This document shows positions 41,601 to 53,308 of a stretch of DNA of 64,000 bases, one piece after another. The stretch comes from Nemertoderma westbladi (Eukaryota; Animalia; Xenacoelomorpha), in the NCBI GenBank assembly GCA_032718475.1, contig JAUCBJ010009083.1, positions 62,001-126,000 of the forward strand, written 5' to 3'. Both the position numbers and the translations under genes were made by a program. The notes under the pieces were generated by a model. That model worked only from the letters and a program-made list of their open reading frames with translations. It did no database searches and had not been told where the DNA came from. Numbering within the stretch: position 1 is the stretch's first letter; the number at the start of each line of letters is the position of its first letter.

Positions 41601-43322
41601 ATCGGAACCTGTGATATACTATCAGAACGTGTGGTTACAATCGGAACCTGTGATATACTATCGGTACCTGTGATATACATCGGAACCAGTAAAATTAATA
41701 TCGGAACCTGTGATATACTATCGGAACCTGTGATATACTATCGGAACCTTTGATATACTATCGGAACATGTAACCTATTACCGGAACCTGTGATATACTA
41801 TCAGAACCTGTGATATACTGTCGGAACCTGTGATTTACTATCAGAACCTGTGATATACTATCAGAACCTATGATATACTATCAGAACCTGTGATATACTA
41901 TCAGAACCTGTGATATACTATCGGAACCTGTGATATACTGTCGGAACCTGTGATATACTATCAGAACCTGTGGTATACAATCGGAACCTGTGATATACTA
42001 TCGGAACTTTTTTTATACAATCGGAACCTGTGATATACTATCGGAACCTGTGATATACTATCGGAACCAGTAAAATTACTATCGGAACCTGTGATATACT
42101 ATCAGTACCTAGGTGATATACAGTTAGAACCTGTGATATACAATCAGAACCTGTGATATACAATCGGAACCTGTGATATACCACCATCAAAACCTGTGAT
42201 ATACTGTTGGAACCTGTGATATACTATCGGAACCTGTGATATACTATCGGAACCTGTGATATACTATCGGAACCAGTAAAATTACTATCGGAACCTGTGA
42301 TATACTATCAGTACCTAGGTGATATACAGTTAGAACCTGTGATATACAATCAGAACCTGGGATATACAATCGGAACCTGTGATATACCATCAAAACCTGT
42401 GATATACTGTTGGAACCTGTGATATACTGTCGGAACCAGTAAAATTACTATCGGAACCTGTGATATACTATCAGTACCTAGGTGATATACAGTCAGAACC
42501 TGTGATATACAATCAGAACCTGTGATATACAATCGGAACCTGTGATATACTATCAAAACCTGTGATATACTATCAGAACCTGTGATATAAAATCGGAACC
42601 TGTGATATACTGTCGGAACCTGTGATATACTATCAAAACCTGTGATATACTGTCGGAACATGTGATATAAAATCGGAACCTGTGATATACTATCAAAACC
42701 TGTGATATACTATCAGAACCTGTGATATAAAATCGGAACCTGTGACATACTGTCGGAACCTGTGATATACTGTCGGAACCTGTGATATACTGTCGGAACC
42801 TGTGATATACTGTCGGAACCTGTGATATACTGTCGGAACATGTGATTTACTATCAGAACCTGTGATATACTATCTGAACCTATGATATACTGTCGGAACC
42901 TGTGATATACTATCAGAACCTATGATATACTGTCGGAACCTGTGATATACTGTCGGAACCTGTGATATACTGTCGGAACCTATGATATACTGTCGGAACC
43001 TGTGATATACTGTCGGAACCTGTGATATACAGTCGGAACCTGTGATATACTGTCGGAACCTGTGATATACTGTCGGAACCTGTGATATACTGTCGGAACC
43101 TGTGATATACTGTCGAACATGTGATATGCTATCTATCGGAACCTGTGATAACTATCGGAACCTTGACCTACTATTGGAGCCTGTAATATACTGTCGGAAC
43201 CTGTAACCTACAATCGGAACCTGTGAAATACTATCGGAACACCTGTAACCTACTATTACAAGCTGTGATATACTATCGGAACCTGTAATATACTATCAGA
43301 ACCTGTGGCATACTATCAGAAC
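32625..43322 (+). repeat. 20 bp minisatellite, ~10.7 kb, with higher-order block duplications
   Basis: (GGAACCTGTGATATACTATC)n. Identical spurious ORFs recur at offsets of 664 and 2614 bp. Confidence 0.97.
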
Positions 43323-43424
43323 TTAATAAAGCGAAAATCAAAAATTCTGGCTTCATGTAAACATCGACGGTTGTGATTTTGTGAAGGAAACCAGGAGGTC
43401 CATCTGAGTCAAATATAATGCCCT

Positions 43425-46409
43425 GTTTAAGGATACCTGCATGGACTTCGGTTTCGGTTTAAGGATTCCAGCATGGACTTCGGTTTCGGTTTAAGGGTAT
43501 AAGCATGGACTTCGGTTTCGGTTTAAGGATACCGGCATGGACTTCGGTTTCGGTTTAAGGGTACCAGCATGGACTTCGGTTTCGGTTTAAGGGTACCAGC
43601 ATGGACTTCGGTTTCGGTTTAAGGGTACCAGCATGGACTTCGGTTTCGGTTTAAGGATACCAGCATGGACTTCGGTTTCGGTTTAAGGGTACCAGCATGG
43701 ACTTCGGTTTCGGTTTAAGGATACCAGCATGGACTTCGGTTTCGGTTTAAGGATACCAGCATGGACTTCGGTTTCGGTTTAAGGGTACCAGCATGGACTT
43801 CGGTTTCGGTTTAAGGATACCAGCATGGACTTCGGTTTCGGTTTAAGGATACCAGCATGGACTTCGGTTTCGGTTTAAGGATACCAGCATGGACTTCGGT
43901 TTCGGTTTAAGGATACCAGCATGGACTTCGGTTTCGGTTTAAGGGTACCAGCATGGACTTCGGTTTCGGTTTAAGGGTACCAGCATGGACTTCGGTTTCG
44001 GTTTAAGGATACCAGCATGGACTTCGGTTTCGGTTTAAGGGTACCAGCATGGACTTCGGTTTCGGTTTAAGGGTACCAGCATGGACTTCGGTTTCGGTTT
44101 AAGGGTACCAGCATGGACTTCGGTTTCGGTTTTAAGGGTACCAGCATGGACTTCGGTTTCGGTTTAAGGATACCAGCATGGACTTCGGTTTCGGTTTAAG
44201 GGTACCAGCATGGACTTCGGTTTCGGTTTAAGGATACCAGCATGGACTTCGGTTTCGGTTTAAGGATACCAGCATGGACTTCGGTTTCGGTTTAAGGGTA
44301 CCAGCATGGACTTCGGTTTCGGTTTAAGGATACCAGCATGGACTTCGGTTTCGGTTTAAGGATACCAGCATGGACTTCGGTTTCGGTTTAAGGATACCAG
44401 CATGGACTTCGGTTTCGGTTTAAGGGTACCAGCATGGACTTCGGTTTCGGTTTAAGGATACCAGCATGGACTTCGGTTTCGGTTTAAGGATACCAGCATG
44501 GACTTCGGTTTCGGTTTAAGGATACCAGCATGGACTTCGGTTTCGGTTTAAGGATACCAGCATGGACTTCGGTTTCGGTTTAAGGATACCAGCATGGACT
44601 TCGGTTTCGGTTTAAGGGTACCAGCATGGACTTCGGTTTCGGTTTAAGGATACCAGCATGGACTTCGGTTTCGGTTTAAGGATACCAGCATGGACTTCGG
44701 TTTCGGTTTAAGGGTACCAGCATGGACTTCGGTTTCGGTTTAAGGATACCAGCATGGACTTCGGTTTCGGTTTAAGGATACCAGCATGGACTTCGGTTTC
44801 GGTTTAAGGTACCAGCATGGACTTCGGTTTCGGTTTAAGGATACCAGCATGGACTTCGGTTTCGGTTTAAGGGTACCAGCATGGACTTCGGTTTCGGTTT
44901 AAGGGTACCAGCATGGACTTCGGTTTCGGTTTAAGGGTACCAGCATGGACTTCGGTTTCGGTTTAAGGGTACCAGCATGGACTTCGGTTTCGGTTTAAGG
45001 ATACCAGCATGGACTTCGGTTTCGGTTTAAGGATACCAGCATGGACTTCGGTTTCGGTTTAAGGGTACCAGCATGGACTTCGGTTTCGGTTTAAGGATAC
45101 CAGCATGGACTTCGGTTTCGGTTTAAGGATACCAGCATGGACTTCGGTTTCGGTTTAAGGATACCAGCATGGACTTCGGTTTCGGTTTAAGGATACCAGC
45201 ATGGACTTCGGTTTCGGTTTAAGGGTACCAGCATGGACTTCGGTTTCGGTTTAAGGGTACCAGCATGGACTTCGGTTTCGGTTTAAGGATACCAGCATGG
45301 ACTTCGGTTTCGGTTTAAGGATACCAGCATGGACTTCGGTTTCGGTTTAAGGGTACCAGCATGGACTTCGGTTTCGGTTTAAGGGTACCAGCATGGACTT
45401 CGGTTTCGGTTTAAGGGTACCAGCATGGACTTCGGTTTCGGTTTAAGGATACCAGCATGGACTTCGGTTTCGGTTTAAGGGTACCAGCATGGACTTCGGT
45501 TTCGGTTTAAGGGTACCAGCATGGACTTCGGTTTCGGTTTTAGGGTACCAGCATGGACTTCGGTTTCGGTTTAAGGATACCAGCATGGACCTCGGTTTCG
45601 GTTTAAGGGTACCAGCATGGACTTCGGTTTCGGTTTAAGGGTACCAGTATGGACTTCGGTTTCGGTTTAAGGGTACAAGCATGGACTTCGGTTTCGGTTT
45701 AAGGATACCGGCATGGACTTCGGTTTCGGTTTAAGGGTACCAGTATGGACTTCGGTTTCGGTTTAAGAATACCAGCATGGACCTCGGTTTCGGTTTAAGG
45801 GTACCAGCATGGACTTCGGTTTCGGTTTAAGGGTACCAGCATGGACTTCGGTTTCGGTTTAAGGATACCAGCATGGACTTCGGTTTCGGTTTAAGGATTC
45901 CAGCATGGACTTCGGTTTCGGTTTAAGGATTCCAGCATGGACTTCGGTTTCGGTTTAAGGATACCAGTATGGACTTCGGTTTCGGTTTAAGGGTACCAGC
46001 ATGAACTTCGGTTTCGGTTTAAGGATACCAGCATGGACTTCGGTTTCGGTTTAAGGATTCCAGCATGGACTTCGGTTTCGGTTTAAGGATTCCAGCATGG
46101 ACTTCGGTTTCGGTTTAAGGGTATCAGCATGGACTTCGGTTTCGGTTTAAGGGTACCAGCATGGACTTCGGTTTCGGTTTAAGGGTACCAGCCAGTATGG
46201 ACTTCGGTTTCGGTTTAAGGATTCCAGCATGGACTTCGGTTTCGGTTTAAGGGTACCAGCATGGACTTCGGTTTCGGTTTAAGGATTCCAGCATGGACTT
46301 CGGTTTCGGTTTAAGGATACCAGCATGGACTTCGGTTTCGGTTTAAGGGTACCAGCCAGCATGGACTTCGGTTTCGGTTTAAGGGTACCAGCATGGACTT
46401 CAGTTTCGG
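43425..46409 (+). repeat. 32 bp highly homogeneous minisatellite (~93 copies)
   Basis: (AAGGRTACCAGCATGGACTTCGGTTTCGGTTT)n. Confidence 0.97.
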
Positions 46410-46445
46410 CAGTGCTTATTGCGTTATAACAACGTGGGTGCACAG

Positions 46446-47214
46446 GAGATTGCATGAAATTTGAAGCAGAGTTAGCTTAATCTCCCCTTCCTCCTTATTC
46501 CTTGGGTGAACCAGAATTTTTATTTTTGCTTTCATTCTTTAGCTACAAGCGTTTAAAAAAATGTCTCCGTCGATATTGCACCAGTTACACGTTACACCGC
46601 AGTTTTTCTTCAAACTTTTAGTGATTTGTTGGTACTAGTGGAAAGCTGACCATGCAAGGATTCCATATATGTAAAATTATTTGAATTTCGTTGGGAAATA
46701 GCTGATATATGGGCGTTCGAATGTTGCATGTATTTACTTCCCCTGCAGGCCATTTATTCTATTTAATTAATACACAATGTTCTAGAACGTTTTGATTATG
46801 TATGAATATCAATATACTGGTATTACCATGAAGCCATAGCATTGTTGCCAAGCTACATATGAGATATACAAAATGTTCCAGAACATTGCGTTTTTATTTA
46901 ATAGAATAAATGGACAGCCAGTGGAAGCAAATACATGCAACTTTCGAATGCCCATATCGCAGCTATTTCCCAACCAAATACAAATATTTTTACATATTGG
47001 GAATCCTCGCACGGTTAGATTTCCACTAGTACCAACAAATCACTAAAAGTTTGATTGGTAATTTCGAATATATGTGTGTAATTGGTGCAATATCGACGGA
47101 AACACTTTTTTAAACGCTTGTAGCTAAAGAATGAAAGCAAAAATAAAAATTCTGGCTCACCCACTAAGGAGGAGGGAGATGAAACTAACTCTGTTTCAAA
47201 TTTCATGCAATCTC
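46446..47214. mobile_element. Long foldback element (~350 bp inverted arms)
   Basis: 46446-~46795 (GAGATTGCATGAAATTTGAA...) is an imperfect reverse complement of ~46868-47214. Confidence 0.85.
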
Positions 47215-47499
47215 ATTAAGATTCGCTGTAGGCCATTTATTAAATTTAATAAATACACAACATTCTAGAATGTGTTATTTATTTTATGAGTAGGCATTCC
47301 GCTGTTGCCTACCAACTCTTAAAAAATAAATAACACGTTCTGGAATAGAGCGTTTAAAACTATGTATAGTTCACCAAACTCAACCGATAAATGACAATAA
47401 GTAAACCGGGTTATACAATATTAAATAATAGTCATTGTCCATTCCCCCCGAAGAACGACAGCAATAGCAACCCCCCCCCCCCCCCCCCCCCCCCCAGTA

Positions 47500-47818
47500 C
47501 ATGTCCTGGTCTATCCCACGGATCCCCGCCCCATCCCCAAACCCGAGACCCCGCCAAGGCCTCCTCCCACCCCTCAGGCACAGAAAGGTCGCCCGAAAGA
47601 GACCGAACTGCAGCCGTCGCCGCCTCACCGCACCAAACACCACCCCCAACCCACGCTGCCGCATCCCGGACCTGCTTAGACTGCATAGTCTCAGCAAGGT
47701 GCCGGATGAAGACTGCCGCCTCAGCACCCCACACTCCGTCAGTGGAACACACGAGCGGTGTAAAGTGCATCCTGTGTGTTTCGCAAGCCTCCTGGTAGTG
47801 GGCGCGTTTGTATAAAAA
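47500..47818 (-). mobile_element. CRE-like non-LTR retrotransposon 3' fragment (restriction-like endonuclease C-terminus)
   Basis: YQEACETHRMHFTPLVCSTDGVWGAEAAVFIRHLAE, then after a frameshift RRRLQFGLFRATFLCLRGGRRPWRGLG. Resembles the FTPLVxSxDG...LSFAILRATxLCLRGSR end of CRE-clade ORFs. Confidence 0.75.
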
Positions 47819-48999
47819 TTTGGGGGGGGGGGGGGGGGGGGCAGGTACCTCAATAAAACGAAACTATATTCCAGGACTTTGTACAGGGCCTACTGTAATT
47901 GTGCTGGGGAAGCAGCAGTGGCGGTAGTAGCAGCAGTAGCAGTAACTGTAGGTAGTCTCTTCTTCAGCCAATCTGCCAATTACAGTGGTGCAAGTTGTGT
48001 AGGCCTTGCCGTATACTTGCAAGGCAGGCTGACCTCACTGTATATTAGGCCTACATAAATCATTATGAATCTACTGTATATTATTATCAATTATATTTTT
48101 ATTTTCATGTTGTGATATGTATTTAAATAGCCGTTTTTTGTTTTATGGACCTCTGTCTGGATTAAGGAATATATAACACAATTATACAGTAATTACACAT
48201 ACGGTACGTTATTAATTTTACGGCTACAGTATTATTCACATGGTAGGCCTATATATCTCAAGGTATAAGCCCAAAAAATATATCGAGTATACAGTACAAA
48301 AGGTATGCTGAACTGTGTATATTAATAATATTCATAGAGGGCCTACCTGCACTGTAAATACCGTAGATACACTTTAGTGTTATTATATTGCGTTTAAGAC
48401 GAGTAAAAAATACAAGAATATACTGTAGTTAAGCCATTTTCGGGGTCACATGGGGTCACATTTTCAGACAACTATTCGATTTATCACTCCCAGCGTTTCT
48501 AAATTGTTTCGTTTTGGCTATAATTTGGATTATATGTAGGCCTACCTAAGATGCTGTTCTACATGATAGCTCAGAAAACGTTTATGTTTCGCTATGTATT
48601 AGTTAATACTACAGTAAAGAATGAAAAAAACTTGGTTGCGCTTAAAACCCTAAGGCTTTTACAGTTTTAAATCACATGAAAATCACATTTCTATGTGATA
48701 GATCAAGGATGGGGGCCACATAACTATCAGATGAAATTTTGTGAAAATGAACCTGCACCTCTAGGTGGCGCTGCAAATTTATGCGAGTTTTTATATATTA
48801 TATTACATTTTATTAACTAAAAATTTCAAAAAGTTGTCTCATACTTTTATTCTGGGTTGCTATGTACAGTAGACACCCACAGAAATTTTCGGATAAGTTG
48901 CTCAAAAATTGTAGAAGTAATAGGGTCTTAAAGATTTTAATTAGAGAGTTTTAATTAGGTCTCCCTAAATGGAAATTGTTATAACTTGAAAAATGGATG

Positions 49000-49800
49000 C
49001 TGAAAACCAACCTTATAAATGGACCAAGGTCAGACGGCCTATAGCTGTCCTGGGCCAATAGACAGTTGGGAAACTCATTTTCAAACATTGGTATCCAACG
49101 GTGATGACCTGTTCTGTGTCCTCCTTTCACAAATTAAGCAACAAAACAACAGTATAGCAACAAAACCAACAGGGAAGTCTAGTGGGCCTGACTCACTATC
49201 GCATAAGAGATAATTAAAGCAACCTCTCCCGATCACCTTAAACCTATGGACTACATTATTCAATATATGCTTAGCTACCGGCAACCTGGTTCAACTATGG
49301 AAATCCAGCATCATGGTGGTTATTTTCAGGGGCAAGGGAATCCGACCAATTGGTCTGCAACGCCTTCAAGATTTTTGCCGCCAGATCGATGGTCGCCTCC
49401 GAGGCCTAGTTTTTCAACTGATTCCCAGAGAGCAGTTTGGTTTTATGCCACGTATATCTACCAGCCAGCCCTTGGCACAGGCAAGCCAATATACGCAGCC
49501 TTTATAAACTTCAGGAAGGCATTTGACTCCGTGCCACGCCATAGGATGCTATACAAACTGGAAACTGAGATACAAGTTCAATATTCGTGGGATCCATTAC
49601 CAATCGATAGTCAATCTTATCCAGAAAGAATCTTCGACGGGTTACGTTATTCAAAAGTAATCGAACAAATACGCGGCGTTTTACCGGGTGATAGTCTGAG
49701 CCCGTTGTTGCTACAGTATACATCTTGTTCATTTACGATATACTGTAGTTCAGTTCATTAAAGATTCATCAATCCACATTGGAGAGCTCATTGTGCTCCT
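49000..49800 (+). pseudogene. Degraded LINE reverse transcriptase fragment
   Basis: KSSGPDSL, WKSSIMVVIFRGKG, RPIGL, QFGF, YAAFINFRKAFDSVPR and GVLPGDSLSPLL across frameshifts. Confidence 0.85.
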
Positions 49801-50147
49801 ACTTGCTCTTCTATGGGGTTAGTAAAGACTTCGTACCGACTTAGTACCGGATTAAACGGTACTGCGCGAGATGGGCTGCACACGGCCTAGAAGTTAACCT
49901 CACCAAATATGCTGTAATTTATAATATTTCACAGAGGTGACAGGCTCAGCGGATCAGATAAACTTTTATACAACGTATATTTAGTTGTAAAATAACACAA
50001 TAATAAGTAAATTGAGGCATATCTTTAAAAAATAAACAGTTTTTATCGATTATCTCAGAACTAAAAAAATCGACTTAGGGGGTACTAAGTTTCCTTGAAG
50101 GTGACGAAAATGACGAAATCATGTAACCTGTGTGTAGTGTTCATTTG

Positions 50148-50166
50148 GTTTCCTAGCAACAAACAA
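50148..50166 (+). promoter_or_regulatory. RFX X-box with an adjacent forkhead-like site upstream of CFAP300
   Basis: GTTTCCTAGCAAC immediately followed by AAACAA, ~250 bp upstream of a motile-cilia gene, as expected for RFX/FOXJ1 targets. Confidence 0.7.
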
Positions 50167-50404
50167 TGCAATAATTGTGCATTTCGGAATTCAAATTTTC
50201 CGCTAGAGCCATTCAGCAATTAAGTGTGTCGAATCGAATCAGTGCTGCACTGGATCAGCACTCACTGTATTCTGTGTATCAGTACACTGTCTGCTATCCT
50301 GTACACTATCCTGATAGCTGCATAGCGATACCGGTAACAGACTGTCACAGTCGACAGTGTCAAACAGATACACAATCATCACACACTCCGACTCTGATGT
50401 GGTG

Positions 50405-51193
50405 ATGGCGGATGATAGTAACACCCCTGCCTTCCACTTCCAACTGTTGGATAAACAGTTCGCAGTAACGTCACAGAAAGACTTCACGGACAGCCTATCC
50501 AAATGGGGCCTAGGACCCACAATGCGACTCCAGGCCTACACGTACGATCGAATGCTACAACCTTACGAGACGCAACGTTTCGTAAAGGACTTCTTCCGAG
50601 ACCCCAATGTAACCTCTACACTCCTGGTCGTATCGGGTTCCACCTGGGCTCCTCTCGGCGTCATGGCAACCAGTGCCACCGCAGAGGAAGTTCCCGCTAG
50701 CGTGACGTCACTGGGATTCTTCGATCGCCTAGAGGATGAGGGCGTTGTTCGTTCCGATAAATCTATACAGAAATGTTTCGACGATTGGGTTGAGGATTTC
50801 CAGATTTCTGACGAGTTGCGTAAACTTCTACTGCTCGAGGACTCTGATAATTTCACATTGTTTTCGCACGAAGATCGTCAAGAATTTATTTTTCGCGTAT
50901 TCCAACACTTAGTATTAGGGGGCTCCTGTTGCCAATACGAGGATACAATAGACGCCTATTACGAGTTGACTAAATCTTTGTACAAAGATCTCGTCGGTGT
51001 TGTCAAAGATCCAGAGACTCAGAAACTTCGGGTTGTTTCTCAGGTGTTTAAGGTGACAGCTTCTGATGACGCATCAGTTTATTATCCCTCATGGAAACCG
51101 CATCAACAAACCTTCGCGTATCTGGTGGTGGACCCGTATAAGAGGCAGCTCTATACGTGGTACCACCAGTGGGGTAAAGGAATTTGGGGGTAG
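50405..51193 (+). CDS. CFAP300: Cilia- and flagella-associated protein 300 (C11orf70) homolog, single-exon CDS
   Basis: 262 aa from ATG 50405. KWGL, FVKDFFRDPNV, ISDELRKLLL, EFIFRVFQHLVLGGSCCQYED, TKSLYKDLV and FAYLVVDPYKR match the family. Confidence 0.93.
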   Translation: MADDSNTPAFHFQLLDKQFAVTSQKDFTDSLSKWGLGPTMRLQAYTYDRMLQPYETQRFVKDFFRDPNVTSTLLVVSGSTWAPLGVMATSATAEEVPASVTSLGFFDRLEDEGVVRSDKSIQKCFDDWVEDFQISDELRKLLLLEDSDNFTLFSHEDRQEFIFRVFQHLVLGGSCCQYEDTIDAYYELTKSLYKDLVGVVKDPETQKLRVVSQVFKVTASDDASVYYPSWKPHQQTFAYLVVDPYKRQLYTWYHQWGKGIWG

Positions 51194-52728
51194 CGTAATT
51201 TATTCTGTTCTCCATTACAGAATTAATAGATTAAAAATAAAACTGATAGCGTATATTTTTGTGTAGGTGTCTGAGTCTATGAGTTTTTTGTGTAGGTGTC
51301 TGAGTCTATGAGAGTCACATATTGGCAATTTCCTTAATAATAACATATGATTTGTTTGCTGAGGTTGACCCGCCAACTGGAGAGCAATTTCGAGGTTCAG
51401 TTTCATTGTACATATCTCATCTAGAGCTGTAAAGTTTACATTACTTCTTTCTAACGGCAAAGGCGTTAAGTATTGTTTTGAAATTTGTGGAATAAAACTG
51501 TGGAATATGGATCTTTACAATGAAACGCAGCCGTTACCATATGGTAATATTCCCCCATGCTGCCAAGCCTTTGCATTTTATGGTTGGCCTACTTTCAGTA
51601 TGTTGTGCCTTGCATGCATCGACCATCAGCACTCAGCAATTCAACAGGGCCTATAAAGAAAAATAGTTTATATTTTCTTTATTTATTAAATTGAGTACGA
51701 CTTAATGACAAAGTTTGTTGGATCTGTCTTTATTTATTACCTTGCTCTCTTTATTTATTACCTTGCTCTCTTTATTTATTACCTTGCTCACTTTATTTAT
51801 TTAATTTGTTATTACTGTATTATGACGCGTCATGTTTTTGTTTACTATATTCATATAGGTATTATTTTGTAATTCGTTATTATCATTATTGAAATGTAAA
51901 TATAATTGTAAAAAAAATGTATTTCGTGTTGCACGTTTTTCTCTAGACGAGGGAGACAATGTGCATTAATGCTAACCTTGAATTCGCAGAAGCTTTCAAA
52001 TTGTTTTGGACTTCAATTTGGATAAGAAGCTACATAAATTATCTTATATATTCTTGGGAAATATTTACTTTGACACACGCCACTACGATTTTTTTCGAAA
52101 CTGCCCAAAACATTATGTTGGCCAGGAAAGTCTTCGAATATTATTGGAACTGTTTCAATGCTATAATTCTCCATTACCCAAAGCAATTTCTCGGCGTATA
52201 AACGATGGCATCATTTTTTAAATTTAATTCAGTTCAAATCCGGTTTCTACCGGCAGTTTATTTTTCCGTATTTTAAAAATATTAAAACGTATAAAAAGAA
52301 CATAAATAAAATGTATAGAAATTACAAATAAAAGGTAAGATAAATTATACAACCAAGCATTACTATACATGTATACTGTAGAGTATTCAATATTCAAGTA
52401 AAATTAAATACAACCCTGCGAAGGCCGACACAACTATAATAATAAAATAAACCGCTAAAATAAAGCTAACTGACTAATTTCCCGGATATATATAAATGGC
52501 ATAAGAAATATATCATGCCGTGTCTCACTTCAGTGGATTACTGATTCAAATAGGGTATTTTTATAATTTCGATTTTATGACCCAAATTGATCTCCCACTC
52601 CCCTAAATTTATTATTGTTGTGCTGCTTCGGGTGAAAGTTACTTCTGGCCTTTATTGCGCGAATATTTATTTTCGTTGATCACATCTCATTATGTTGATT
52701 ATGTAAACAATTATGTGCCTATAGAGAC

Positions 52729-52860
52729 GGGGGGGGGGGGGGGCTGGCACGCAAATCCCATCTCGGTGAATTAATATCTTGCCTCAATGTTTAATTCTTA
52801 ATTTAGAGAAAGGAGCAGGTTACAAGGGCTCGTTATTCTAACCAAAACAATAAACGAAAT
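52729..52860 (+). mobile_element. Partial copy of the G-run MITE family of 8490-8751
   Basis: Diverged reverse complement of 8615-8751 (GAATTAATATC..GCCTCAATGTT..AAAGGAGCAGGTTAC..AACCAAAACAATAAAC). Confidence 0.7.
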
Positions 52861-53308
52861 AAACAAAATGTAAATTTTTCCTCTCAAAAGGGAATAATAT
52901 TCCAATGAGCTTTTGTGCTACTGTGCCACGGACGGAAGTACAGTAGTTGTTGTTGTAGCCTTTCAGTCTGCAGAAGACTTTTATTCAGGACTGCTGGACT
53001 GTCAGACTGTGCAATAGCAGTTGCCCGCCGGCAAGTGAACCTAATACTTGAATACAGTAATTCAGTAATTAATACTGTAATACAGTGATACCGTTACGGT
53101 GTCGTGTGACCTTAAGGTTTATTTCCAGATCGGGCCGTTATATTTCAAATTAGTTACATTTAAAAATTCATACCGCGGTCTGCCGGTACGGCGGTACCTT
53201 AATTACCCATTTATTTATACTGTACGGTACCTGGGTAGGCCTACCGTACTCCAGTAACTTTAAGGTAGAAATACTGAAATAGTAGAATTGAAATAACAGT
53301 CTGCAATA

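Noticed and set aside
21803-46409. Tandem arrays as CRISPR arrays or repeat-protein genes
   Set aside because: There are no unique spacers and no cas genes, and the context is eukaryotic. The many short ORFs are translations of the repeat units.
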